DNA of 64,000 nucleotides, taken from positions 38,746 through 102,745 of the IMG/VR virus record IMGVR_UViG_3300009181_000042; one strand, given 5' to 3'. How positions within the stretch are numbered: the first letter of the stretch is position 1; each line of letters begins with the position of its first letter. The translations under genes were made by a program, and so were the position numbers. The notes under the pieces are model-generated. The model searched no databases and was not told the origin of the DNA. It saw nothing but the letters and a program-made list of their open reading frames with translations. The stretch is from a virus. Below are positions 26,092 through 35,645 of this stretch, one piece after another.

Positions 26092-28373
26092 TGCACAACC
26101 TCTGCAACGTCTGACATCAGCAACAGCTGTTCTGATACTGGTTCTGGATTGCTGAGATACTCAAATTCAAGTTTATGGTCCTTGACAGTGATCATCACAG
26201 CACCACCGTTGCGCAGCCGTCCGAACAGTATTTCTTTGCTGATAGGCTGCTTGATGTTGTCGGCCATCACACGTGCCAACGGGCGTGCACCCATGTTCTT
26301 GTCAAAGCCTTTGTCAACCAACCACTGCTTGGCAGTGGGGTCGCACACCACGTTGACGTTCTTGCGCGAGCTTAGACTGTTGAGTTCTGCCAAGAACTTG
26401 TCAACGATGCTGTGCATGTTGTCCTTGTCAAGGCGGTTAAACTTGACCACGGCATCCAAGCGGTTCCTGAACTCTGGAGTGAAGAACTTGTTGATAGCTT
26501 GTGTATCTTCGTCTCTAGTTTCATTCTTGGTAAATCCAATCAGTTCCTTTTCCATCTCAGCTGCACCGAGGTTACTGGTGAAGATCACGATAGCATTGCG
26601 TGCGCTAGCACTCTTGCCTTGGCTGCTGGTCACAGTGCCGTGGTCCATCATAGCAAGGAAGATGTTGTACACATCTGGGTGTGCTTTTTCGATCTCATCA
26701 AACAGCAGCACACAGTGAGGATGTGTTTCCAGTTCGTTGATCAGCATGCCCCCACCTGCTCCGCCGTCACCATAACCAACGTAACCTGGAGGCGAGCCGA
26801 TGAATTTGCTGACAGTATGGCGTTCCTGAAACTCGCTCATGTCAAATCGTGTGAAGTGTACACCCAAGCTCTTGGCCAACTGCTTGGCCACTTCTGTCTT
26901 GCCAACCCCACTCGGTCCACTAAACAAGAAGCTGCCCACTGTTTTATCGCCTTCGCGCAATCCACTACGGCTCATATAGATTGCATTGACCACATTGTCA
27001 ATCGCATCTGCTTGACCAAAGATCTTGTTTTTCAGATCAGTGTCTAGCTGAGCTAGTCGATCAGCTTCCTTGCTCTTGACTGTGGTCACAGGCACCTTGG
27101 CAACCCTGCTGACTTCGGCTTCGATCTCAGCTTTGGTGATGACCTTGAGACGGTCACTTTCTGGTTTGATCCGCTGCCAGGCTGCTGCACTGTCAATGAT
27201 GTCGATGGCCTTGTCCGGCAAACACTTGTCATGCATGTGCTTGCTGGTCAGATCCACTGCTGCATCTAGTGCATCTGGATCAAAAGACAATCCGTGATAT
27301 TCTTCATAGTGCTTGGCAATGCCAGACAGTATGCGCTTGCTATCCTCAACGCTGGGTTCAAAGATATCCAGCTTTTGGAAACGCCGCACCAATGCACGAT
27401 CTTTCTCAAAGTGCTTGCGATATTCTTCGTTAGTGGTGCTGCCGATGCAACAAATCTCTCCGCGGCTCAGCGCAGGTTTCAGTATGTTAGCAGCATCCAG
27501 GCTTCCACCTGCACCGCCGCCGCTGCCGGCACCCATGATCATGTGGATTTCGTCAATGAACATGATGGTGTTAGGCAGCGTGGTGAACGCAGTGATGATC
27601 TGTTTCATGCGTTCTTCAAAGTCACCTCTGAACTTGGTGCCAGCTACCAGCGTGGCCACATCCAGGTTCCAGATCACGCGATCGAGCAAGATGTCAGGTA
27701 CATCTTTTTCCACGATGCGACGTGCTAACCCTTCTACGATCACGGTCTTACCCACACCCGGTTCACCGATCATGACCACATTGTGCTTGTTGCGCCGCGC
27801 AATGATTTGGGTGATGTTTTCAACTTCTTTCTCGCGACCAATCAGCGGATCTATGCGACCTGCTTGTGCCTTGGTGTTGAGGTTGATGCAGTACTGACTG
27901 AGTATCTCCAACGCAGTTGCACTGTCCATGATGCTGTCAGCACCGTCGTCTTTGCGGCCAACCAATTCTGCTATCTTTTCTTTTGGTGGTGCAAAGTTTT
28001 CAATGAACCAGCTGGCTGGACTATCTGGTATGTGATACAGTGCTAGCAGTATATCAATAGGGCCAATATCCTTGCGGCCGCTAAACATGCTCTGGGTCTT
28101 GGCTTTCTTGATCACGTTGCTGAGCAAGCTAGTGTGCCTGGGCTGGAAGCTACCTGTTCTCACTACTACATGATTGGCTTCGTTGTTAAGCCAATCGCTG
28201 GTATGTTTGACAAGTTTCTCAATATCGCCGCCCGCACCAACGATCAACTGTTGGATCTGTTCTTGCTCTAACAGCCCGGCCAGCAAGTGTTCTAGCGTGA
28301 CCAGTTCGTGGTTCAAGCTAGCTGCTAGCTGATATGCCCGCTGCAATGGTTGTTCAAATGCGCTAATGCTCAT
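26088..28373 (-). CDS. clpA: ATP-dependent Clp protease ATPase subunit, ClpA-like
   Basis: Clp N-domain (EHLLAGLL), two AAA+ modules (GEPGVGKT/FIDEIH; GPSGVGKT/FDEIEKAH), IGF loop, no ClpB middle domain. Confidence 0.93.
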   Translation of the reverse strand: MSISAFEQPLQRAYQLAASLNHELVTLEHLLAGLLEQEQIQQLIVGAGGDIEKLVKHTSDWLNNEANHVVVRTGSFQPRHTSLLSNVIKKAKTQSMFSGRKDIGPIDILLALYHIPDSPASWFIENFAPPKEKIAELVGRKDDGADSIMDSATALEILSQYCINLNTKAQAGRIDPLIGREKEVENITQIIARRNKHNVVMIGEPGVGKTVIVEGLARRIVEKDVPDILLDRVIWNLDVATLVAGTKFRGDFEERMKQIITAFTTLPNTIMFIDEIHMIMGAGSGGGAGGSLDAANILKPALSRGEICCIGSTTNEEYRKHFEKDRALVRRFQKLDIFEPSVEDSKRILSGIAKHYEEYHGLSFDPDALDAAVDLTSKHMHDKCLPDKAIDIIDSAAAWQRIKPESDRLKVITKAEIEAEVSRVAKVPVTTVKSKEADRLAQLDTDLKNKIFGQADAIDNVVNAIYMSRSGLREGDKTVGSFLFSGPSGVGKTEVAKQLAKSLGVHFTRFDMSEFQERHTVSKFIGSPPGYVGYGDGGAGGGMLINELETHPHCVLLFDEIEKAHPDVYNIFLAMMDHGTVTSSQGKSASARNAIVIFTSNLGAAEMEKELIGFTKNETRDEDTQAINKFFTPEFRNRLDAVVKFNRLDKDNMHSIVDKFLAELNSLSSRKNVNVVCDPTAKQWLVDKGFDKNMGARPLARVMADNIKQPISKEILFGRLRNGGAVMITVKDHKLEFEYLSNPEPVSEQLLLMSDVAEVVQ

Positions 28374-28885
28374 GCTGTTGCTTTCTGACGCTGTTGATTC
28401 TTCTGCTTCTTAGCTATCTTACGCTTTGCCATATCTAGCTGCACTCTGCCCACCCGGTCATCTATCATGATGCCTTGTAGATGGTCAAATTCGTGCAAGA
28501 ACACACGGGACCAACCTTCACCCATGTCCTGCACTTGTTGGTTGCCGTTACGGTCCCTGAACATGACCTTGATCTGCTTGGACCGCCGCAGGTTAAGCAC
28601 GATACCCGGCAAGCTGAGACAACCTTCTGGGTACAAGTCTGTTTCGCTACTTGCACTGATCACCACGGGATTTACAAACACATGCTCTTGACCTTCAAGC
28701 TTTACTACAAAAAGACTCAGGCTGTGTCCAACTTGTGGCGCAGCTAAGCCGACACCGCCGCTTGCTGCCAAAGTTTCAAACATATCATTGATCAAAGGCT
28801 GTAGGTTTGTTATCTCGGTGGGTTCAACCAACTGCGCTTGCTGTTTAAGTATTGGATTTGGTCGCTTAACTATTGGTAAAATCAT
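28370..28885 (-). CDS. def: peptide deformylase
   Basis: GVGLAAPQVG, EGCLS, HEFDHLQG. Confidence 0.95.
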   Translation of the reverse strand: MILPIVKRPNPILKQQAQLVEPTEITNLQPLINDMFETLAASGGVGLAAPQVGHSLSLFVVKLEGQEHVFVNPVVISASSETDLYPEGCLSLPGIVLNLRRSKQIKVMFRDRNGNQQVQDMGEGWSRVFLHEFDHLQGIMIDDRVGRVQLDMAKRKIAKKQKNQQRQKATA

Positions 28886-29772
28886 TTGATGTTTGCAGTC
28901 CTCTGAGTTTGTAGATCTTTCAATAAGTCTATGTGCTGTTGCGATAGATCAGTTGGTACAACTATGTTGATCCTGATGTACAAGTCGCCTCGCTGTCTAG
29001 CGTTATTATGCATTGGCATACCGTGACCTTGCAACCTGAGAACTGCGCCTGCTTGCGTGCCCGCTGGCACTTTTATGTTAAGCTTGGTACCATCTATGCT
29101 TGCAAGTACTTGATCGGCTCCTAGCATTGCTGCGATAGCGTCCACACTTATCTCTGTCTGCAAGTGCGGCCCATCTCTGTGGAATACTGCGTGATCATTG
29201 ATGATTATGGTTACATAGAGATCGCCTGGCGGCTGATTGGGTATGCTGCGATCGCCGTGGCCTTGGAAACGCAACTTGCTACCGTGCTGCACGCCTGCTG
29301 GGATGCTCACACTAATGTTAGTGTGCTGCCCATTAACTTCAAACCCGATAGGCATGTTCTTGCCAGTGTATGCTTCTTCCAGCGTAAGATTGAGATTGAA
29401 CTGATAATCTCGGTTGCGCTGCGGCTGTTGATACTGCGGCCGACCAAAACCCTGTCCAAAGAATTGGTTTATGATGTCGTCAAAATGTTGTCCGCCACCA
29501 AAATTAAAGTGGAAATCAGCGCCGGGAGCCCCGCCGCCGAAGTACTGATTCTGATTGCCGCCGCCTCTGCGCTGTTGGTCGTACTGGGCTCGTTTGCCTG
29601 CATCGCTCAGCATGTCGTTGGCTTCGTTGATCTGCTTGAATTTAGCTTCAGCAGCAGGGTTTCCCTTGTTGAGATCTGGGTGATGCACCTTGGCTAACCG
29701 CCGATATGCAGTTTTGATCTCATCTGGGCTAGCTGACTCGCTCAGCTCTAAAATCTTGTAATAGTCTTCCAT
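28882..29772 (-). CDS. dnaJ: DnaJ/CbpA-type co-chaperone (class B, no zinc finger)
   Basis: DYYKIL...HHPD J-domain, G/F-rich linker, C-terminal GDLY repeats. Confidence 0.92.
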   Translation of the reverse strand: MEDYYKILELSESASPDEIKTAYRRLAKVHHPDLNKGNPAAEAKFKQINEANDMLSDAGKRAQYDQQRRGGGNQNQYFGGGAPGADFHFNFGGGQHFDDIINQFFGQGFGRPQYQQPQRNRDYQFNLNLTLEEAYTGKNMPIGFEVNGQHTNISVSIPAGVQHGSKLRFQGHGDRSIPNQPPGDLYVTIIINDHAVFHRDGPHLQTEISVDAIAAMLGADQVLASIDGTKLNIKVPAGTQAGAVLRLQGHGMPMHNNARQRGDLYIRINIVVPTDLSQQHIDLLKDLQTQRTANIK

Positions 29773-29777
29773 GCTCA

Positions 29778-29807
29778 AGTGTAACCTATGTTGTGGTGAT
29801 ATGTCAA
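29778..29807 (-). promoter_or_regulatory. sigma70-like promoter, probably leaderless dnaJ-def-clpA transcript
   Basis: TTGACA-N18-TACACT-N5-ATG. Confidence 0.55.
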
Positions 29808-29862
29808 TGCCACACCAATGCCATAAATATGTATTGTTGCAGCTAGTATCAAGGGATTAGAA

Positions 29863-30552
29863 TTGGATTCGAAACAACAAATAACGCTAGTCCAGATATT
29901 CATGCGGTATCTCAAGACTACTAACCCACTTGTGATTGGGTTGCACCTCATCTATTTGGCAATTACTACGTTGATATTCAGCGCAGCCTATGTGGTCAGT
30001 TTTCATTTTACCACATTGGTATCCTTATACGAAGAAGCACACAGCATACAGAGCTTTGGCCTTAATCTCAAGACTTCGGTTGAAAATGACAATGCCATAT
30101 ATGCCAATTTGACTCGATTACAAACAGATGCTGGCGGCATGAGAACCTATGTATATAGATATCACAATGGTTTAGCAGCTATAAGTGGTGTGCCATTCTT
30201 CTTTCAGACCATGACGCACGAAGTGATTGCGCCGGGTGCAGCAAGGATAATGAGCTTTGAACAGCGCATACCTGCTGGTATACACATGGCCATAAACAAC
30301 GCATTCGTAACTGACAAGTGCGCAGTGATACGCAACACTGACCGAGACAAGGAAAATCAGGACTATTATTTCTGGGCAAGCAGGGGTGCCAGAAACCTTG
30401 TGCGTTGTCCTATATACATGCCAAATGGTGACTTGTTTGGCTTTGTTGGCGTTGACTTTGCTGGCGACATGGGCAATGTTGCCAATGTTGAGAAACAGAC
30501 CAAAGACACTGCCAGTGAGATATCTAAGATATTTGCCAAGGCTGCTCGCTGA
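29863..30552 (+). CDS. single-pass membrane protein with GAF-like C-terminal domain, possibly T4 holin T-like
   Basis: Hydrophobic segment VIGLHLIYLAITTLIFSAAYVVSF; C-terminal CPIY...GDLFGFVGVDF; TAAATA at 29824. Confidence 0.5.
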   Translation: MDSKQQITLVQIFMRYLKTTNPLVIGLHLIYLAITTLIFSAAYVVSFHFTTLVSLYEEAHSIQSFGLNLKTSVENDNAIYANLTRLQTDAGGMRTYVYRYHNGLAAISGVPFFFQTMTHEVIAPGAARIMSFEQRIPAGIHMAINNAFVTDKCAVIRNTDRDKENQDYYFWASRGARNLVRCPIYMPNGDLFGFVGVDFAGDMGNVANVEKQTKDTASEISKIFAKAAR

Positions 30553-30582
30553 AATATTTAGGAAAGATCTGATTTTAGCCTT

Positions 30583-30588
30583 TAAATA
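30583..30588 (+). promoter_or_regulatory. T4-late-like promoter heading the RLP/glycosyltransferase operon
   Basis: TAAATA in the intergenic gap, 27 nt before ATG 30616. Confidence 0.55.
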
Positions 30589-30615
30589 GGTTAAACGCAC
30601 AGGGACTTTCTACGC

Positions 30616-31329
30616 ATGCAGATCCTAATACCAATGAGCGGCGCCGGTAAGCGCTTTGCAGAAGTGGGATACGACAAACCCAAACCACTGATAGAGTTTT
30701 TTGGCAAGCCAATGGTCGAGCATGTGCTTGAAAACCTTGGATTGCATAACGAATTCATACTGTGCGTGCAGCGTGCGCATTATGATGCCAATCCTGCACT
30801 GTTTGCAAGATTGCGAGCACAAACAGCTGATCTAAAGCTGGTGTTTGTGGAACAGCTAACACAGGGTGCAGCCGAAACCTGCTTGCTAGCACGCGAGCAT
30901 ATCAAGCTAGATGAACCCTTGTTCATTGCCAACTGCGATCAGATGATGGTCTGGGATCAAGACCATTTCGAAGAATGGTTTGCTGCTGAACGACTGGACG
31001 GCTGCATGTTTACGTTTTTCAAGGACACTACTGCTTATAGCTATGTTGCAGTTGATGACAATAGTCTAGCTGTACGCACCGCAGAGAAGCAAGTGATCAG
31101 CACGCATGCTACTACTGGCATCTATGTATGGGCCAGAGGCAGTGATTTCATCTGGGCAGCCGAAAAAATGATAGCAGATAACGTGCGGGTGAATAATGAA
31201 TTCTATGTGTGCCCGGTGTATAATTGGAACATAGCACGCGGTGATCGCATTGGCATATATCCTCCGCAGGAACATTGGCCGATAGGTACACCAGAGGACC
31301 TAGACATCTACATCGAGGCGCACGCATGA
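30616..31329 (+). CDS. sugar-phosphate nucleotidyltransferase (BcbE/GlmU-like GT-A fold)
   Basis: IPMSGAGKRF...PKPLI, TQGAAET, IANCDQ, AEKQVIS, NEFYVCPVYN, GTPEDL. Confidence 0.88.
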   Translation: MQILIPMSGAGKRFAEVGYDKPKPLIEFFGKPMVEHVLENLGLHNEFILCVQRAHYDANPALFARLRAQTADLKLVFVEQLTQGAAETCLLAREHIKLDEPLFIANCDQMMVWDQDHFEEWFAAERLDGCMFTFFKDTTAYSYVAVDDNSLAVRTAEKQVISTHATTGIYVWARGSDFIWAAEKMIADNVRVNNEFYVCPVYNWNIARGDRIGIYPPQEHWPIGTPEDLDIYIEAHA

Positions 31330-31664
31330 AACTATATGATCCCACCAGCTTTAAAGGTGGCTGGTTCATAGGTGATTTTGAACCTAGCATCTGGCGAACC
31401 AGCGCATACGAAGTTGGGTATAAGCATCACATTGCCGGCGAGCCGTGGCCTGCTCATTATCACGAACACATGGACGAAGTTACTTTCTTGTTAGAGGGTA
31501 CCATGCGCATGCAAGACCAAGTGCTAACAGGACCTGTGCTGTTCTTGATAGAACGCAACGACGTAGCCGATCCAGTGTTTGTGACAGATTGCAAAGTGTT
31601 CATAGTAAAAGCACCCAGCGTGCCAGGCGACAAAATTGAAATCAACAAAGGACAACTCAAATGA
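31326..31664 (+). CDS. cupin-fold protein
   Basis: GGWFIGDF; AHYHEHMDEVTFLLEG (HxHxxxxE); ATGA-coupled. Confidence 0.75.
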   Translation: MKLYDPTSFKGGWFIGDFEPSIWRTSAYEVGYKHHIAGEPWPAHYHEHMDEVTFLLEGTMRMQDQVLTGPVLFLIERNDVADPVFVTDCKVFIVKAPSVPGDKIEINKGQLK

Positions 31665-32803
31665 CGATTGATATCGTACGAGACGAAAAAGAGCTAGGTA
31701 CGTATTTCTATGTTACCTATGAAGTGGAGAGCACGGTCAGTGTATACGATGCTGGGTGGAACATTGCAGTCGGACAAAGCATAGGTAACCCCACCAAGCG
31801 CAGTGTCTGGGAGACAGACGACATGATCGAGAACCACTGTGCAAAGATAATGCGCAGTAAGGACTTTGAAAAGAAGAAAGGGCGTGTCACTATTGCGTAC
31901 CCTAACGCAAACATAGACTGGGAAACTGACGGTATCGCGCATCTACTGTGCATGATACAGGGCGGACAAGTAGACATTGATACCATCAGGAAATGTCGAG
32001 TAGTTGACCTAGAGATACACCCCCAGACCATAGACACCTATTTCCGTAAACCAAAATACGGTATCACAGGTATGCGCGAGTACACAGGGAACTTCGGCAA
32101 GCCATTCTTTGGTGGGATCGTAAAACCCAAGACAGGTATCACGCCACAGATCCTGCTGGAAATGACCAAAGAACTAGTCGAAGGCGGTGTTAACTTCATC
32201 AAGGAAGATGAGATACTCAGCAATCCAAACATATGCCGCTTGGAAGATCGTGTTGAGCTGATCAGCAATTACTTACAAGACAAGCGAGTCGTATACTGCT
32301 TCTGCATCAACAGCGACCCTGCACACATCGAAAACCGCGCTCGCTTTGTTAGCCAGAACGGTGGTAACGGTGTACACATCAACGTGTGGAGCGGGCTCGG
32401 CAGCTATCGTACCATACGCAATTTGGATCTGCCGCTGTTCATACACTATCAAAAGAGCGGCGACAAGGTGATCACCGGCAAGCGTAACCCGTTTGGTATC
32501 GAATGGACTGTGCTGTGCCAGCTGGCTGCTATGAGCGGAGTTGATACCATACATGCTGGTATGTGGGGCGGTTATCTCAGCGATCCAGAAGATGAGATCA
32601 CTGCATACATGAAGGTGCTGCACGACGGTAATGTAGTCCCTGCACTTAGCTGCGGTATGACTGCGGAATTGATCCCACCGATTGTTGAGAAGTTTGGCAT
32701 AGATTGGATGGCCAATGTGGGCGGCGCTATACATGGTCATCCAGATGGCACACTAGCTGGTGCTCGCAAGATACGCAACGCTATTGATACATACCAATAT
32801 TGA
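31661..32803 (+). CDS. RuBisCO-like protein (form IV), 380 aa
   Basis: GGIVKPKTG, GGVNFIKEDE (carbamylation motif), GVDTIHAG, PALSCG, GGAIHGHPDG. Confidence 0.92.
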   Translation: MTIDIVRDEKELGTYFYVTYEVESTVSVYDAGWNIAVGQSIGNPTKRSVWETDDMIENHCAKIMRSKDFEKKKGRVTIAYPNANIDWETDGIAHLLCMIQGGQVDIDTIRKCRVVDLEIHPQTIDTYFRKPKYGITGMREYTGNFGKPFFGGIVKPKTGITPQILLEMTKELVEGGVNFIKEDEILSNPNICRLEDRVELISNYLQDKRVVYCFCINSDPAHIENRARFVSQNGGNGVHINVWSGLGSYRTIRNLDLPLFIHYQKSGDKVITGKRNPFGIEWTVLCQLAAMSGVDTIHAGMWGGYLSDPEDEITAYMKVLHDGNVVPALSCGMTAELIPPIVEKFGIDWMANVGGAIHGHPDGTLAGARKIRNAIDTYQY

Positions 32804-32819
32804 AACGCTGCGAGGACTG

Positions 32820-33293
32820 ATGCTGATCATAGCACATAGAGGATTGCTTGATGGTCCGGATGCCGACAGGGAGAATCGCCCAGATCAGATACAGCAGGCG
32901 CTAGCCGAAGGGTTTGATGTCGAGATTGATCTATGGCGCATAGATCATACATGGATGCTGGGCCACGATGTTCCAACATACATGGTGTCTGAAAATTTCA
33001 TCAAACAGGACGGCCTTTGGATACACTGCAAGAATCTCGCTGCATTCTTCTATCTGCGAAACATTGGTAGCGAATACAATTTCTTTTGGCACGATAGCGA
33101 TCTCATTGTCATGACCAGCAGGTTCTTAACCTGGACATATTTTGGTAAGCCAGAAACTGCGCATCACACGAGCGTGTGTGTCATGCCAGAAGTTACATAC
33201 GATTGGCCTACCATAGAAAACATGTTCGACAAGAACGAGTGGTATGGATTCTGCACAGATTATCCGAGGAAGCTTGCTGCATGCAAAAGATAG
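32820..33293 (+). CDS. GDPD/PLC-like phosphodiesterase-fold protein
   Basis: IIAHRG...EN...GFDVEIDLW...LGHD...WIHCKN...CTDYP; GAGGA SD. Confidence 0.8.
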   Translation: MLIIAHRGLLDGPDADRENRPDQIQQALAEGFDVEIDLWRIDHTWMLGHDVPTYMVSENFIKQDGLWIHCKNLAAFFYLRNIGSEYNFFWHDSDLIVMTSRFLTWTYFGKPETAHHTSVCVMPEVTYDWPTIENMFDKNEWYGFCTDYPRKLAACKR

Positions 33294-34018
33294 CGCTATG
33301 TCTCACAGGGCACTTTAGGAATTTTGAAATTGCCTGGCCCTATCTAAAGAAACATGTGATAGATCCGTATCAACCAGACGTGTTTGGATTTGCGTGGGGC
33401 GATACATTTGGCAATTTCATGCATGCTAAAGATAAAGATCATCCCAGTTACACGCTAGGGTATGATCCGGCTAGCCAGGACATACCTCGCGACTATGCAG
33501 AAAGTGTCGCCAGGCGTTTACATCCCAAGGTACTTGAAGTATTTGATCCAACTAGTATCAACCCACTGCTAGATGAACTGATAGCCAAGCATAAAGATGT
33601 TGAACCAGACTGGGAATGGCACCGTCCTAGATCAAAGTATCAGATGTTGTACGGCCGTGCGCATTGCAACAATCTACGGCTAGAATATGAGAAGCTGTGT
33701 GGTGCTAGTTACGACAAGATCATATTCACTCGTTGGGATATAATACACGAAGATCCATTGCCGCAATGGTGCCTCTGGGACACTAGATTGATATTACCAC
33801 GTAGATATGCATACAACGGACCGTCTGATATATGGGCAGTAGGTACCAGTAGCCAGGTCAATGCATATGCAGATATGCTGTCGTCCTATGACGCCGTCAA
33901 ACAAACTCCAAATTTCGTATCAAATCCACACTTATGGTTGCGCGATGCGCTGGCATATTCTAATGTAGAGTGGATATTGTGCAATATCCCTGTAATGATA
34001 GCAAACAGGCCATTCTGA
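33281..34018 (+). CDS. putative glycosyltransferase-like protein
   Basis: KIALCLTGHFR, YDKIIFTRWDI, SDIWAVG; start reassigned to ATG 33281. Confidence 0.6.
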   Translation: MQKIALCLTGHFRNFEIAWPYLKKHVIDPYQPDVFGFAWGDTFGNFMHAKDKDHPSYTLGYDPASQDIPRDYAESVARRLHPKVLEVFDPTSINPLLDELIAKHKDVEPDWEWHRPRSKYQMLYGRAHCNNLRLEYEKLCGASYDKIIFTRWDIIHEDPLPQWCLWDTRLILPRRYAYNGPSDIWAVGTSSQVNAYADMLSSYDAVKQTPNFVSNPHLWLRDALAYSNVEWILCNIPVMIANRPF

Positions 34019-34025
34019 GGTACCA

Positions 34026-34988
34026 ATGAAGATAGCTGTATATGGTCTGGCAAAAAATGACCTAAATTTGATAGATCGATGGATTCACAGCGTGTCACCC
34101 GCTGATTATCTCGTCATTGGTGATCTTGGTAGCAGCGACGGCAGCGTAGATGTGCTGCGAAGTAACACCGTGACAGTGCATGAGATCAGCATGAGCAGAT
34201 TGCGATTTGATCGTGCTCGAAACACAGTATTAAATCTACTACCAAATGATACCGACGTTTGTATCAGTTGCGACCTCAGAGAATTTATGATGCCTGGGTG
34301 GCGATCGAACATCGAAAGGAGCTGGGTGTCAGGCAGCACCCGCATGATACACTCGTATGTACAAAGTTTCAACTTAGATCAGTATCCACCATTTAGATCA
34401 GCTGAGAACATGATACATGCTAGACATGGATCAAACTGGCGTCGTCCGATACGAGAACGTCTTGGATCAACTACACTAGACAAATGGATAACCAACCTCG
34501 ATATAGTGTTGTGCCATAATGGCGAGCCCTATATCGATGCAGCCGAACTGTTAGATTTGTTACAAGTATCGCATGCTGAAGATCCTACTTGCTTGGAAAC
34601 TATGTTCTTGTTTGGCAGCGAGCTTGCACATCGAGGTATCAAACCACATGCAATTACTATGTTGCGCAAGTTCCTCAATGCGCCATCGATTGGGTTATCG
34701 GTCGAACGTAGTGAAGCCTGGCGCTTGTTAGCTGGTCTCGAGCCGCATGAGAAGTTGAAGAATCTACGTCTTAGCACAATAGCAGATCAGACTCGTCGAG
34801 AGCCTTGGTTAGAGCTCTGTGAGCATTATCTAAAGGTATCCGATTGGGCCAATCTCTACGCTGCTTGCAAGGAAGCTATGCAAATACAAAAAAACACACT
34901 TAACAGCGCTGATAATCCCGATGCATGGAGCAATCGATTCTCAGAATTGCAAAGCACTGCTATAGCTGAACTTGGTATATCAAAATGA
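34026..34988 (+). CDS. GT2-like glycosyltransferase with TPR-like tail, degenerate DxD
   Basis: DLGSSDGS, RFDRARN, CISCDLRE; helical C-terminus paralogous to 35646 and 36715. Confidence 0.75.
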   Translation: MKIAVYGLAKNDLNLIDRWIHSVSPADYLVIGDLGSSDGSVDVLRSNTVTVHEISMSRLRFDRARNTVLNLLPNDTDVCISCDLREFMMPGWRSNIERSWVSGSTRMIHSYVQSFNLDQYPPFRSAENMIHARHGSNWRRPIRERLGSTTLDKWITNLDIVLCHNGEPYIDAAELLDLLQVSHAEDPTCLETMFLFGSELAHRGIKPHAITMLRKFLNAPSIGLSVERSEAWRLLAGLEPHEKLKNLRLSTIADQTRREPWLELCEHYLKVSDWANLYAACKEAMQIQKNTLNSADNPDAWSNRFSELQSTAIAELGISK

Positions 34989-35644
34989 CCACGTTGGCAC
35001 TGTGTTTTGCAGGTCTACCTCGCATAACAGACACTAGCACTGATAGCTGGCGTCGACTGATAGAACAACACAATACTGATGTATTTGTGCATGCATGGTC
35101 AACTGAGACAGAACTTGCTCGCAACTGGATCAGTGCTACCTATGCACCAGTTGAAATGATAATAGATGCCCCTCGACAGTTTGATACAAGCCGATATGTT
35201 AACAGGATCTGGGCGTACATATCAGAACCTCGTAATGTGCTAAGCATGTGGTACAGCATAGCACAAAGCTTGTCGCTTGCTGATAGGTATGCGCATGCAC
35301 ATCGCAAGACCTATGATTATGTTGCACGAGCTCGGTTTGATTGGCACTGTGACCAGTTCACGCTAGAAACATATGACGGCCTAACAGTACCGGATGATCC
35401 GGGTCTTTGCAATCACAATTTCCAGCACAGAGGACAATGGTATGTGGCACACAATGATCAATTTGGTTATGGCAGCATGCACGTGATGCGAGACTACGGT
35501 GAAACATTCTCGAGGATACCCTGGTTATATGCCACAGATGGCATAGACTTCTGCAGTGAATTATTTTTAACAACAAATATGATAACCAAGCAAATTCCGG
35601 TTAAATTACAAAAGGGCATGCGCTATCGCATGGTAAGGAACTGA
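34985..35644 (+). CDS. putative glycosyltransferase-like protein
   Basis: LALCFAGLPR, DVFVHAW, SMWYSI, YDYVARARFD, NDQFGYG. Confidence 0.6.
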   Translation: MTTLALCFAGLPRITDTSTDSWRRLIEQHNTDVFVHAWSTETELARNWISATYAPVEMIIDAPRQFDTSRYVNRIWAYISEPRNVLSMWYSIAQSLSLADRYAHAHRKTYDYVARARFDWHCDQFTLETYDGLTVPDDPGLCNHNFQHRGQWYVAHNDQFGYGSMHVMRDYGETFSRIPWLYATDGIDFCSELFLTTNMITKQIPVKLQKGMRYRMVRN

Positions 35645-35645
35645 T

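Noticed and set aside
31661-32803. True CO2-fixing RuBisCO
   Set aside because: The K334, H294, E60 and N123 equivalents appear substituted, and no small subunit or phosphoribulokinase is present.
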